A DNA stretch of 64,000 nt from Acidimicrobiia bacterium (GTDB lineage: Bacteria; Actinomycetota; Acidimicrobiia; Spongiisociales; Spongiisociaceae). Within the stretch, counting starts at the first letter, position 1. Each line of letters opens with the position of its first letter. Location of the stretch: assembly GCA_003229305.1 (NCBI GenBank), contig QIDH01000056.1:3777-67776 (forward strand), read 5' to 3'. Below the pieces are notes generated by a model, which searched no databases, was not told the origin of the DNA, and saw only the letters and a list, made by a program, of their open reading frames with translations. Below, piece after piece: positions 30,078-39,474 of this stretch. The translations under genes were made by a program, and so were the position numbers.

Positions 30078-30186
30078 TGGCTTTGTCGTGCTCGGCTACG
30101 TGGTCACCTACGGCAGCTTGGCCGCGTATGCAGCGTCGCTTTGGGTACGGGGCCGCCGGATCTCCTCAAAGACGGAGGACGGCTGA
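30070..30186 (+). CDS. ccmD: haem exporter protein CcmD (38 codons, not in ORF track)
   Basis: Hand translation: MSDGFVVLGYVVTYGSLAAYAASLWVRGRRISSKTEDG*. Single helix followed by a basic patch. Fills the ccmC-ccmE gap exactly (stop 30184-30186, ccmE ATG 30188). Confidence 0.55.
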   Translation: MSDGFVVLGYVVTYGSLAAYAASLWVRGRRISSKTEDG

Positions 30187-30187
30187 G

Positions 30188-30607
30188 ATGATCGATCGCA
30201 AAGTCCTCATCCCCGTAGCCGCCCTGCTCGCCCTGGTTGTCGGATACCTCGTCTGGGGAAACCTGAGCGGCAACCTCGTCTACTACCTGACGCCGTCCGA
30301 GGCCGTCAGTCAGCAGGACGAATTCGACAACGGCGAACGGTTCAGACTCGGTGGCCTGGTCCAGGAAGGCAGTGTCGTCGCCACCGACGAGGGCGTGCGC
30401 TTCGTCGTCGACGACGGGGCCACCCAAATCGCCGTCGTGCACAGCGGCGCCCCACCCCAGCTCTTCGCCGAAAACGTCGGCGTAGTCGTCGAGGGATCCT
30501 GGCAGGGCGACGAATTCCGCTCCGACCAGTTGCTGGTGAAACACGACGAGCAATACCGGTCGCCTGACGACGACGGCCGATACGTGCCTCCAGACGAAGA
30601 GAACTGA
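30188..30607 (+). CDS. ccmE: haem chaperone CcmE
   Basis: N-terminal anchor, OB-fold region RLGGLVQEGSV, and haem-binding His in LLVKHDEQY. Confidence 0.85.
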   Translation: MIDRKVLIPVAALLALVVGYLVWGNLSGNLVYYLTPSEAVSQQDEFDNGERFRLGGLVQEGSVVATDEGVRFVVDDGATQIAVVHSGAPPQLFAENVGVVVEGSWQGDEFRSDQLLVKHDEQYRSPDDDGRYVPPDEEN

Positions 30608-32628
30608 TGGCGTATCTGGGTCTCATTGGCGTCCTGGTGGCCTTCGCCGGATGTTTAGGCTTGATCATCACAGGATTTCCTGCGCTCATCGGCAGATCGG
30701 AAATCAAGTGGGAATCTTTGAAGCGATCGGCCGCGCTGCTGCTGGTCGGCTCCGTGGTCTCGATGGCTGCCCTCGAGCTCGCCCTGCTCACCGAAGATTT
30801 CTCGATCGCGTACGTTGCCAACAACTATGCGAGCGGGACCCCACTCATATTCACGATCGCTTCGGCTTGGGCAGCCCTAGAGGGATCGATAGTGCTTTGG
30901 GGTCTTGTGATCGCCGTCCTCACTTACCTCGTGTGGCGCAAAGTCAATCAGGATCGCAACGACTTGCTCGGAGTGGGGGCACTATCGATCATCGGCATGG
31001 TCGGGCTGTTCTTCTTCGGCTTGATGCTCACAGTTTCCAACCCGTTCGAGGTGTGCACCACCGCATCGACCGTCGGGTGCCTGGATTCGAGTGCGTTACC
31101 CTGGGCAGCCCTCGACGTTCCAGCGGGGGGCCGAGGCACCAATCCTCTTCTGCAAAACCACATCATGATGGCGATCCACCCACCCCTGCTGTATGTCGGC
31201 TATGTCGGCCTGACCATCCCCTTCGGGTTCGCCATGGCATCACTGCTCAACGCCAGAAGCGGCGCTGAATGGGTGGTCAGGACTCGCAGATGGACGCTCA
31301 CCTCGTGGGCCTTCCTCACGGCGGGCATCGTGATCGGCGGTTGGTGGAGCTACGAAGTGCTCGGCTGGGGCGGTTACTGGGCATGGGATCCCGTCGAAAA
31401 CGCGTCGTTCATTCCATGGCTCCTTGCTACCGCATTCATTCACTCGTCAATCGTTCAGGCAAGGAGGGGGGTCCTACAGTCGTGGAACTACGTGCTTGTG
31501 ATCGGGACTTTCGCGTCCACGATCCTCGGTACGTTCCTCACCAGGAGCGGGGTGGTCGCCTCTGTGCACGCCTTCAGCCAGTCCCCGATCGGCCCGGCCA
31601 TCTTTGGGTTCCTGATCCTGGTTGTTGTGGCATCCTTGGCGGTGTTTGCGACCAGGGTCCACCTCGTGGCCTCGACGCCTCGACTCGACTCTTTGGTGAG
31701 CCGCGAAGGCGTTTTCCTGCTCAACAATCTCTTGCTGACGGTCTTCGCATTCGTGGTGCTGGCCGGCACCCTGTTCCCCCTGCTGGTCGAGGCCTTCCAG
31801 GGTTCGACCGTGAGCGTCGGCCCACCGTTTTTTGACCGCTGGGCCATACCGCTGTCCTTTGCCCTTCTACTGGCGATGGGCATCGGACCTGTGACCCCAT
31901 ACCGGGTCGCCGACCCCGGCATCGTGTGGAACAGGATCAAGACGCCGCTGACCGTCGCCCTTGGCGTCGGAGCTGCCACGGTGCTGTTCGTGAGCAGGAT
32001 CGGCTACGTCGTCCTGGTCCCAAGCCTGGCAACCTTCGTGATAGCGATCATCGTTCGTCACCTTTGGGACCTCTCGAGCAAACGCGCAGCCAAATCCGGG
32101 ACCTCGATCCCTGCCGCGGCCGGCGCGCTGGTACTGCGCGAGCCCGGCTATTGGGGAGGCCAGCTGAGCCATGTCGGAGTCGCTGTACTGGCGGCGGGAA
32201 TCGCCATCTCTGCCAATCTCGTCATCAAGGACGAGCTGACCCTTCCCCTTGGCGAGACCGTTCCCTTTGCCGGTTTCGAACTGACATATGAGAGCCCATT
32301 CCTGCGCAACGAACCCACCAGGCGAGTAATCGGGGCAAGAGTCGAAGTCAGCCGAAACGGAACGTTCCTGGAGGTTCTCGAGCCACGGATCAACGAATAT
32401 GTTGGCTCGCTGCAAGGTATCCAGACCCCGGCGGTTCGCACCACACTGGCAGGCGATATCTACCTCTCCCCTACCAGCCTCGACGCAGAAAGCGTTTCTC
32501 TCAAAGCCTGGCGATACCCACTCCAGTGGCTGGTTTGGGCCGGCGGAATGTTGATGGCGCTTGGGGCAGTACTCAGCCTCGGAGAGGCAAGGGTCCGTCG
32601 CCGAGAAAGCGCGCAGGTCGATGCCTGA
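30607..32628 (+). CDS. ccmF: cytochrome c haem lyase subunit CcmF (copy 1)
   Basis: 673 aa. WWD motif GWGGYWAWDPVENASFIPWL and conserved His residues. Confidence 0.9.
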   Translation: MAYLGLIGVLVAFAGCLGLIITGFPALIGRSEIKWESLKRSAALLLVGSVVSMAALELALLTEDFSIAYVANNYASGTPLIFTIASAWAALEGSIVLWGLVIAVLTYLVWRKVNQDRNDLLGVGALSIIGMVGLFFFGLMLTVSNPFEVCTTASTVGCLDSSALPWAALDVPAGGRGTNPLLQNHIMMAIHPPLLYVGYVGLTIPFGFAMASLLNARSGAEWVVRTRRWTLTSWAFLTAGIVIGGWWSYEVLGWGGYWAWDPVENASFIPWLLATAFIHSSIVQARRGVLQSWNYVLVIGTFASTILGTFLTRSGVVASVHAFSQSPIGPAIFGFLILVVVASLAVFATRVHLVASTPRLDSLVSREGVFLLNNLLLTVFAFVVLAGTLFPLLVEAFQGSTVSVGPPFFDRWAIPLSFALLLAMGIGPVTPYRVADPGIVWNRIKTPLTVALGVGAATVLFVSRIGYVVLVPSLATFVIAIIVRHLWDLSSKRAAKSGTSIPAAAGALVLREPGYWGGQLSHVGVAVLAAGIAISANLVIKDELTLPLGETVPFAGFELTYESPFLRNEPTRRVIGARVEVSRNGTFLEVLEPRINEYVGSLQGIQTPAVRTTLAGDIYLSPTSLDAESVSLKAWRYPLQWLVWAGGMLMALGAVLSLGEARVRRRESAQVDA

Positions 32629-33043
32629 GCACCTGAAGCGGTTCGCTGCCACGATGCTCTCGGTCCTCTTCATCGGGATCATCGGTTGGGGCCTGATCGT
32701 GGCTGATCCTCCTTCTGCCTACGGCGACAGGGCGGAGGCAATCGGTTCGAGAGTCAAGTGCCCGGTGTGCCAGGGTGAATCGGTCACCAGTTCGCCTTCC
32801 GGATACGCCAGAGACATCCTCGCTTACATCGAAGCCAGGGTGGATGAGGGTTGGAGCGACGAGGGCATAATCCTGAGACTGGAAGAACGTTTTCCCGGAA
32901 TCCGGCTCGATCCGGAGTTTTCCGGATTGACGGCCGTTCTCTGGCTTCTTCCCGCAGCGGCGGTGATTGCCGGGATAGTGGCGGCCCGCAAACAGATCAG
33001 GGGCGGGGCCGATCGGATAGAGCACGAGAGCATCGAATCGTGA
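32621..33043 (+). CDS. ccmH: cytochrome c biogenesis protein CcmH (copy 1)
   Basis: ATG 32621 overlaps the ccmF stop. VKCPVCQGESV CxxC motif and C-terminal helix. Confidence 0.8.
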   Translation: MPEHLKRFAATMLSVLFIGIIGWGLIVADPPSAYGDRAEAIGSRVKCPVCQGESVTSSPSGYARDILAYIEARVDEGWSDEGIILRLEERFPGIRLDPEFSGLTAVLWLLPAAAVIAGIVAARKQIRGGADRIEHESIES

Positions 33044-33840
33044 CCAAACCTGGCACCGCACAAGCCGACAGACTCTTTCGTCTAGAGGCCCAGCTGATCC
33101 AAGTGAACACAGACCTCGACGACCTTGCCGACCAGGTCGCCAGCGGTGACATCGATCCGAGCACGGCCGGACAACTACGAGCAAAGTATCAGGATGAGTC
33201 GGACTCGGTATCTGCAGAAATAGTGGCGATGGCCGACATCGGCCCGAGCCCGACCAGAAAATTCAGCTCGAGGCGATTTGTCGGTGTGGCCATCCTGATC
33301 GGCGCCTTCGTGGCTGTCATCGTCGTCGCAGCCGGTGCCATCAAGCCACGCGTCGGCGGATTCGTCACCGGTGGAGGGGCGGGTCAGGGCATCAACCTCG
33401 ACGAAGTGACCAACGATCAGATCGAAGCTGTGATCGCAGCCAACCCTGACAACCCAGAGATCGCCGGAATGCGGGTGGCCCTGGCCAACCGCTACTTCGA
33501 GGAGGGAAATTTCTCCGAAGCGCTCAGCAACTACCTTGCCGGCCTCGACGGAGCGTTGGTCGCTCAGCGAAGGGCGCAAGCGCTTGGCAGGGTCGCGTGG
33601 ATGACTTTTCTTTCGGGCGAGACTCAGGTGGCCGAGTTGTACCTCCAACAGTCACTCGAAACCGACCCGGACTACGCCGAGGGCAAATTTTTCTACGGTC
33701 TGCTTCTGATGGACGGATTGGCAAGGCCGTGCGACGCCATCGTCTATCTGGAGGCGTTGTCCGATGTCGATGACATTCCGACAGACGTAACGGCAGAGCT
33801 CGATCTGGCGATTGCGAGAGCCAGGAGCGATTGCGGATGA
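33040..33840 (+). CDS. CcmI/CycH-like TPR protein (copy 1)
   Basis: GTG 33040 overlaps the ccmH stop. Coiled-coil N-terminus, one TM helix, TPR-like C-terminus (ALANRYFEEGNFSEALSNY...). Confidence 0.55.
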   Translation: MTKPGTAQADRLFRLEAQLIQVNTDLDDLADQVASGDIDPSTAGQLRAKYQDESDSVSAEIVAMADIGPSPTRKFSSRRFVGVAILIGAFVAVIVVAAGAIKPRVGGFVTGGGAGQGINLDEVTNDQIEAVIAANPDNPEIAGMRVALANRYFEEGNFSEALSNYLAGLDGALVAQRRAQALGRVAWMTFLSGETQVAELYLQQSLETDPDYAEGKFFYGLLLMDGLARPCDAIVYLEALSDVDDIPTDVTAELDLAIARARSDCG

Positions 33841-34433
33841 CCAAGACGGTTCGTTACGGCGTCATCGGATTCGTGGCCATAGCGGTCGCAATCCTGATCG
33901 CCGTGGTGGACAGCCGATTCGGAGTCGATCCGACCAGGTTCGGGTCGCAGTTGATGGGACGAGAAACCCCTGACGTCGAACTGGTGCTGCTTGGATCGGA
34001 CGAAACCGTTTCATTGCTGGACATCGGTGACGCGAACGACGTGACCGTCATCAACTTCTTCGCTTCATGGTGCATCCAGTGCCGCTTCGAACACCCAGAC
34101 CTGCTCGCCACGTCCGACATCTACGCAGACCGGGGTGTGCAATTCGTCGGGATCTCCTTTCAAGACCAGGAGTCCGCTTCGATCGCCTTCCTCGACGAGC
34201 TCGGCTGGGGAGAAGAATTCATTTACACCAGGGACCCTGGATCGATCGCGGCAATCGAATTCGGCGTATTCGGAATCCCTGAGACATTCTTCATCCGAGA
34301 TGGCCAAATCGTCGGACGCCAGATCGGCCAAACGACGGCGCTGAGACTTTCCGAGGCCATCGAGTCCATATTGGATGGTGACGAAATCGGTGCCGAGGTA
34401 GTCGGCGACCAAACTCAACAGCAGGGCCAATAG
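33837..34433 (+). CDS. ccmG: thiol:disulfide interchange protein CcmG/DsbE (copy 1)
   Basis: ATG 33837 forms an ATGA overlap with the upstream gene. TM anchor; VTVINFFASWCIQCRFEHP; GVFGIPETFFI. Confidence 0.8.
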   Translation: MTKTVRYGVIGFVAIAVAILIAVVDSRFGVDPTRFGSQLMGRETPDVELVLLGSDETVSLLDIGDANDVTVINFFASWCIQCRFEHPDLLATSDIYADRGVQFVGISFQDQESASIAFLDELGWGEEFIYTRDPGSIAAIEFGVFGIPETFFIRDGQIVGRQIGQTTALRLSEAIESILDGDEIGAEVVGDQTQQQGQ

Positions 34434-34450
34434 GCCGCCAGGCGAGCCCG

Positions 34451-35515
34451 TCAGCTCTCTGCCAACTCCTGACTCCTGGCAATCACGCTGTCCAAGACAT
34501 TGCTGGCCGCTCCTGAGTCGATGGCCTTGGCCGCAATCGTGGCTGCCTCGGCGAACTCGTTCGCAATTCCCGCCGAGACCAGGCCGAGTGCGGCGTTGAT
34601 GACCGAAATGTCCCTCCTCGGCCCAGGATCGCCTGCCAGAACCGACCTGAGGATTGCGACGTTTTCGTCAGGCGTGCCACCCAATATCGAATCCAGCGGC
34701 GCCCTCGGGACGCCGAAGTCTTCAGGCGTGACCTCGGCCTGGCTCAGCTCACCGTCATCATGCAGACGCCAGATCGACGTTGTCCCGCTGATACTCAGTT
34801 CGTCCAGCCCGTCGTGCCCATGGAACACAAATGCCCTTCTGGCCCCCAAGTCGGCGAGCACGCTCATCATGCGGCCGGCCATCGATCCGTCGGATACGCC
34901 GACGGCCAAATTAAGCGCTCCAGCAGGGTTACACAACGGTCCGAGAAAGTTGAACACGGTGCGGATCCCGAGCTGACGCCGGACCGGACCTGCATGGCGC
35001 ATGGCGGGGTGGTAGACCGGCGCAAGAAAGAAGGCGTACCCGGTCTTCCTGAATATCTCGGCGGTCTTGTCTGCTGGGAGATCGACAACGACCCCGGCCG
35101 CCTCGAGGACATCGGCAGATCCACACAGCGACGAGGCCGACCGGTTGCCGTGTTTGGCGACCTTGGCTCCAGCTCCTGCCGCGATCAGCGAAGCGGTCGT
35201 GGAAATGTTGAAGGTTCCAGACCTGTCTCCTCCGGTTCCAACTATGTCGACGAGGTTTGGCGTGTCGAGGTCAACGGCCACGGCAGCAGAGCGCATCGCT
35301 TCGACCAGCCCGGTCATCTCTTCGACTGTCTCCCCCTTGATCCGAAGTGAGACAATCAATGCGGCGATTTGAGCCTCGGTGGCCATTCCGTCCATGATCT
35401 CGGTCATAGCCGCCCTGGCGTGGGGCCGGGTCAGCGACTCGCCGGCACTCAAGGCGGCCAGTGTGTCGGCCCAGGCGAAGCTAGACATGGGAAGGGAGGC
35501 TAGTCGCGTTAGCAT
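34451..35515 (-). CDS. trpD: anthranilate phosphoribosyltransferase
   Basis: 354 aa. VDIVGTGGDRSGTFNISTTA, KHGNRSASSLCGSADVLEA, NFLGPLCNPA. Confidence 0.9.
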   Translation of the reverse strand: MLTRLASLPMSSFAWADTLAALSAGESLTRPHARAAMTEIMDGMATEAQIAALIVSLRIKGETVEEMTGLVEAMRSAAVAVDLDTPNLVDIVGTGGDRSGTFNISTTASLIAAGAGAKVAKHGNRSASSLCGSADVLEAAGVVVDLPADKTAEIFRKTGYAFFLAPVYHPAMRHAGPVRRQLGIRTVFNFLGPLCNPAGALNLAVGVSDGSMAGRMMSVLADLGARRAFVFHGHDGLDELSISGTTSIWRLHDDGELSQAEVTPEDFGVPRAPLDSILGGTPDENVAILRSVLAGDPGPRRDISVINAALGLVSAGIANEFAEAATIAAKAIDSGAASNVLDSVIARSQELAES

Positions 35516-35544
35516 TCGAGGCCGACCAGAGGACTCTTCGCCAA

Positions 35545-36009
35545 GTGACCCGACCTCTCTACTTCGCCTACACGGCGCACATTTCGCCGAAGCGCCTGAC
35601 TGAACTCGTTCCGAACGCAGAATTTCAGTTCATCGCCCACCTTCCAGAGACTCGGATGTCGTTTCCGATCGAGGATTCGACGTGGGAAGGAGGCCTTCCT
35701 TCAGTCCACCCGGAGGAGGGCAGCACGGTATGGGGGGCAGTGTTCTCGATCGCCCCAGCCGACCTCGACAGGCTCAACGAAGCCGAAGCTCTGGAGGGTC
35801 GAGCACCGATCGAGACCTTCAAGGCGGTCGACCGGGAAGGTCACAGCCATGAGATCATCACCCACGCAGACGCTCGCGCGCGGAACGGTGGAGATCACGC
35901 TCCGTCCCGTGCATACATGGAAATGGTCGTGGATGGCGCAAAACACTGGGGCCTGCCAACCGGGTGGGTGGCCGGGCTAGAGGAATATCTGGAGGATCCG
36001 CTCTTTTAG
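35545..36009 (+). CDS. gamma-glutamylcyclotransferase-like (AIG2/GGACT fold) protein
   Basis: LYFAYTAHISPKRL start and the ...GSTVWGAVFSI... pattern. Confidence 0.55.
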   Translation: MTRPLYFAYTAHISPKRLTELVPNAEFQFIAHLPETRMSFPIEDSTWEGGLPSVHPEEGSTVWGAVFSIAPADLDRLNEAEALEGRAPIETFKAVDREGHSHEIITHADARARNGGDHAPSRAYMEMVVDGAKHWGLPTGWVAGLEEYLEDPLF

Positions 36010-36099
36010 TCGCATCGTTGAAATGAGAGCATCTTTGAAACACAGAGGCCGGGCTGAAACGCCCGGCCTCTGTGTTTGTTGTTTGTTCTAGCCGATCCT

Positions 36100-36738
36100 C
36101 TATGCGGGCGCGTCTTCTGTGTGGAAGAGCCGGAATAAGCCCCAGGCTATGGCGGCGCCGATGAACGGGGCGGTCAGGTACACCCACAGATCGGTACCTC
36201 TTGCACCCACGATCGCCGGGCCGAGCGTTCTGGCCGGGTTCACCGAGGCCCCCGAGATTGCGATCCCACCAAGGTGTACCGCAACCAATGTGAGCGATAT
36301 CGCCATCGCAGCAACCTTGGGAGCCCTCACCGTGCTGACCAGGATCACCAGCACAAAGATGGCAGTGAGCACGATCTCGAGAAAGAACGCAGTGGACGTA
36401 TCTCCGCCTGGAACGGTGGCCGTACTGGCGACCACGTCCTGGTTGGCCGCAACCAAGATGCCGAGCGAACCGAGCAAGGCACCGACCAGCTGACCGATCC
36501 AATAGCCGATGAGGTCGGTGGTGTCCGTGCGCTTATCAAGCCACATCGCCAACGTCACAGCCGGATTGAAGTGGCCGCCTGAGATATCACCAACGGCGAA
36601 AATCGCCGCCATCAGGGCCAGACCGAAACCGAACGCAATCTGAACTGTGTCCCCTCCTGACGTCACAATCGAAAGCGAACCGACAAAGACCAGAATGAAG
36701 GTCCCGATCAGCTCGGCCAGATACTTGTTGATCACCAT
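36100..36738 (-). CDS. aquaporin (MIP family)
   Basis: Two NPA boxes (HFNPAVTLAMW, SVNPARTLGPAI). ATG 36738 is preceded by a GGGAGGGAG Shine-Dalgarno; the ORF-track start at 36879 is rejected. Confidence 0.85.
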   Translation of the reverse strand: MVINKYLAELIGTFILVFVGSLSIVTSGGDTVQIAFGFGLALMAAIFAVGDISGGHFNPAVTLAMWLDKRTDTTDLIGYWIGQLVGALLGSLGILVAANQDVVASTATVPGGDTSTAFFLEIVLTAIFVLVILVSTVRAPKVAAMAISLTLVAVHLGGIAISGASVNPARTLGPAIVGARGTDLWVYLTAPFIGAAIAWGLFRLFHTEDAPA

Positions 36739-36866
36739 GTGTGGTGTCTCCCTCCCTAGGGTTACCGATCCTTTTGACCAGTCGACATTGCAAAGAGTTT
36801 CGCAACATCGGCCTTCAGATTGGCGGATATCCGAGCGCCTACCATGCCTCCAATGAGGCGACCCCA

Positions 36867-37295
36867 TTGAATGATTCACGAGACGGCACGTCCGGGCTGC
36901 GCAATGCCCGCTGGTGGGCTGTCCTGATCGGTGCCGTCGCCGGCCTCTTTTTCAACTTCTTGATGGCACTGCTCGTATTTCTGGGCGCATTGTTGATGCA
37001 GGTCGCACAGACCGACCTCGTCCCCCTGGCCATTCTGGCGCTTTCGCTTTTCGCCGGGTTGGCTTTCGCCGGATACGTCGCCGGTCGACTCACGTCCGAC
37101 CACAATCCGGGGTTCCACGGCAACCTGGCCGGCATGGCGCTGTACGCGATTGTGGCAGTCCTCGGAATCTTCGCCGGAAGCCCTGTGAACCCCTTCACCT
37201 TGACCATTTTCTCCTTGGTAGCCGCCATCATCGGATTCGCAGGAGGGGTCCTCGGCGGCCGCCCGCGCTCCGAACCGCAGCGGCGGAGCGGATAG
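36867..37295 (+). CDS. hypothetical four-helix membrane protein (TTG 36867 proposed)
   Basis: Hydrophobic helices WWAVLIGAVAGLFFNFLMALLVFLGALL... The ORF-track start at 36741 would overlap the aquaporin start. Confidence 0.35.
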   Translation: MNDSRDGTSGLRNARWWAVLIGAVAGLFFNFLMALLVFLGALLMQVAQTDLVPLAILALSLFAGLAFAGYVAGRLTSDHNPGFHGNLAGMALYAIVAVLGIFAGSPVNPFTLTIFSLVAAIIGFAGGVLGGRPRSEPQRRSG

Positions 37296-37372
37296 CCTGC
37301 CGAGCTTGGCCGCCCGCCCCAACCCTCAAGGGTCGCTTGACGTGCTCGGCGTCCACGCGGACCTCAAAGGTT

Positions 37373-37388
37373 TGTGAACAGAATCACA
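37373..37388. promoter_or_regulatory. perfect CRP-type palindrome TGTGA-N6-TCACA
   Basis: TGTGAACAGAATCACA is read directly. It lies 184-199 nt upstream of the tetrahaem cytochrome ATG, in a lower-GC spacer. Confidence 0.4.
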
Positions 37389-37571
37389 ATGTGACCTTCG
37401 ACCCTAGCTACAGCGGCCCGTCAAGCAAAGGATTTGCATAGACCGTAGTTTGGAAAACGGACCGGAGATAGGCCAATCGGACCGGTTCTAGATGGGCCGA
37501 TCCTAAGTTTGGCGTCCCAACCAAGAGCTTGCCAAAAGGGGACCAAATACCTCTGAAGGGGTGAGAGAAGG

Positions 37572-38072
37572 ATGGAGCGAGTACGGGCATTGGTGAGAGC
37601 AATAAAGCGCCGTCGGCTTTCCGTTGTGCTGGTGATCGGACTTCTTACATTAGGAGTCGTCGGAGGCGGCTACGCCATACAAGAGAACGCTGGGTTCAGT
37701 GGCCAGACTGCAGTCGGGGACCACGACTGGTGGCAGGATATCGGAACGAACGCGTTCTGTGAAAACTGCCATACAGGTGTCGCAGGAGATATCGCTGCTG
37801 GTCCGCACGTAAGCACAGGTTTGTCGACTTGTAGCGTTTGTCACACACCAGGTGGTTCCGACCATGCTGCGGCTTCGGCAGAGTGCACGGATTGCCATGG
37901 ATCTGAAGGCGATGAGATCGCCTCGCAGACCGAGGCGCACACTGGAATACTGGCAGATCTAGGCGAAACTGCCACGGCCGCCAGTCAGACGTGCCAGTCG
38001 TGCCATACTCACGTCGAAGTCAATATTACCGCCACGGCACAGCCTCCAATCGAACTGATAATGGGCAACTAG
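37572..38072 (+). CDS. membrane-anchored tetrahaem c-type cytochrome
   Basis: 166 aa. N-terminal helix LSVVLVIGLLTLGVVGGG; four CXXCH motifs (CENCH, CSVCH, CTDCH, CQSCH). GAGAAGGA Shine-Dalgarno before the ATG. Confidence 0.8.
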   Translation: MERVRALVRAIKRRRLSVVLVIGLLTLGVVGGGYAIQENAGFSGQTAVGDHDWWQDIGTNAFCENCHTGVAGDIAAGPHVSTGLSTCSVCHTPGGSDHAAASAECTDCHGSEGDEIASQTEAHTGILADLGETATAASQTCQSCHTHVEVNITATAQPPIELIMGN

Positions 38073-38269
38073 CGTCCATGCTCGGTTGGTGCATGCATTA
38101 GAGGGGGCGTCGTGGAAACGGCCCTTGTGGCGAGTCTTTGGTTCTTCGGTGCGGTGTTACGACACACCGAACGAGTCGCAATGGCGACTATTGAGGGCGC
38201 ACCCGCTGAGCGGCAACGAACAGGGAAGGGCACAAGGTCACCCGCTCGCCGGGTGGCCTTTCCACGCAT

Positions 38270-39406
38270 ATGCGCCTAGCCTTGGTTCAACGAGTTGTCC
38301 GAAGATCAGGCTGGAATCGTGCACGATCCCAGCCTGATCGAGAAAGCTTGAGAGCCTCGGTGTCATCATCTGAAACGGACCTTCCCAACAGCGAAGTCGG
38401 CCCAGACAATGGCCGTTCCTCCAGGGCTCGATGGGTCGACGTTTCGATTGTTGGGGTAGCGGTTCTGGTGGCGGCGGCTTGGTTCCTCTTCATTCGGGAC
38501 GGCGAGCCCGCTGGACCGCTTGCACCTGTTTTGGAGGCGGTGATCGAAGAGCCGATCTCTGGCACCGTGGTCGCTACCGATTGGTCTTCGCCCGCCGCCG
38601 TCGCCGTTGACGGAGACACCATTTACGTTCTCGACACCGGCAACAACAGGATCCTATCGATGGACCGTGACGGGGTTGTAGATGGCATCGTTTGCGAAAC
38701 TGACGCGTGCGCCCTGCTACTCGACACTCCCCAGGACATGGAGATCCATGAGGGTCTGTTCTACGTGGCGAATACCGAGAGAGGGCAGGTGAACGTTGTC
38801 GATCGCGCCGGAACCGTATTACGCACATACGAGCTTCCGGCCGGACAAGGCGACGCACCCCGTGCGACTGGTGTTCACGTGGCGCCGAATGGCGTTGTGT
38901 ACGTGTCAGACGGTACCTCAGGGAGAGTCGCGATATTCGAGCCAGACGGTGAGTTCAGCCAGTATTTCGGCAACGACACCGTCGGGATCTTCGAGTTCAC
39001 CGATCCGACGGGCCTGACGCTCGATGAGGACGGCAACCTGTACGTTGCTGAGTTCTCGCTCGGTATGGTTCGAAAGATCTCGCCTGTTGGACGCGAGCTC
39101 GCCATCTTCTCGATGATGGGTGGCGTAACCAGGGCGTCCGAGGCGTCGGATCTCGTCATCGATGACAACGGCTCCCTGTATCTGGCCGACTACAAACGGT
39201 CTGTTGTGCACGTGTTTTCGAGAGCAGCCCGCTACCTCGGCATCGTAGGCCTGGTCGACGCCTCCCGACCGGACTCACCGATTGCCCTGCTTCGCCCCGA
39301 GGGGCTGGCGGCGGACGGCAACGAGATCATCGTCATCGACTCGAGACGCGGCCTACAGATCTATACCATCGATCCGGACTATTTCGTGTTCAAACGAGCG
39401 GAGTAG
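38270..39406 (+). CDS. NHL-repeat beta-propeller protein with N-terminal TM helix
   Basis: Six repeats of the type IYVLDTGNNRILSMDRDG / VYVSDGTSGRVAIFEPDG / LYVAEFSLGMVRKISPVG. TM segment VSIVGVAVLVAAAWFLFI. Start codon uncertain. Confidence 0.75.
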   Translation: MRLALVQRVVRRSGWNRARSQPDRESLRASVSSSETDLPNSEVGPDNGRSSRARWVDVSIVGVAVLVAAAWFLFIRDGEPAGPLAPVLEAVIEEPISGTVVATDWSSPAAVAVDGDTIYVLDTGNNRILSMDRDGVVDGIVCETDACALLLDTPQDMEIHEGLFYVANTERGQVNVVDRAGTVLRTYELPAGQGDAPRATGVHVAPNGVVYVSDGTSGRVAIFEPDGEFSQYFGNDTVGIFEFTDPTGLTLDEDGNLYVAEFSLGMVRKISPVGRELAIFSMMGGVTRASEASDLVIDDNGSLYLADYKRSVVHVFSRAARYLGIVGLVDASRPDSPIALLRPEGLAADGNEIIVIDSRRGLQIYTIDPDYFVFKRAE

Positions 39407-39474
39407 TCCCAACCACCCGAGATTCTGAACGAAGGGTCGATCAGGGCTCAGGCCGGGACCGTTGGAACGGCCGA

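Noticed and set aside
30074-30607. 177-aa ORF as the full ccmE
   Set aside because: The first 38 codons are an alternate frame over the ccmD region and have no CcmE similarity. The ATG at 30188 gives a normal CcmE with an N-terminal anchor.
36741-36879. Long N-terminal extensions of the aquaporin (to 36879) and of the divergent membrane ORF (from 36741)
   Set aside because: They would overlap each other head-to-head. The aquaporin has a strong Shine-Dalgarno before the ATG at 36738, and the extension is not MIP-like.
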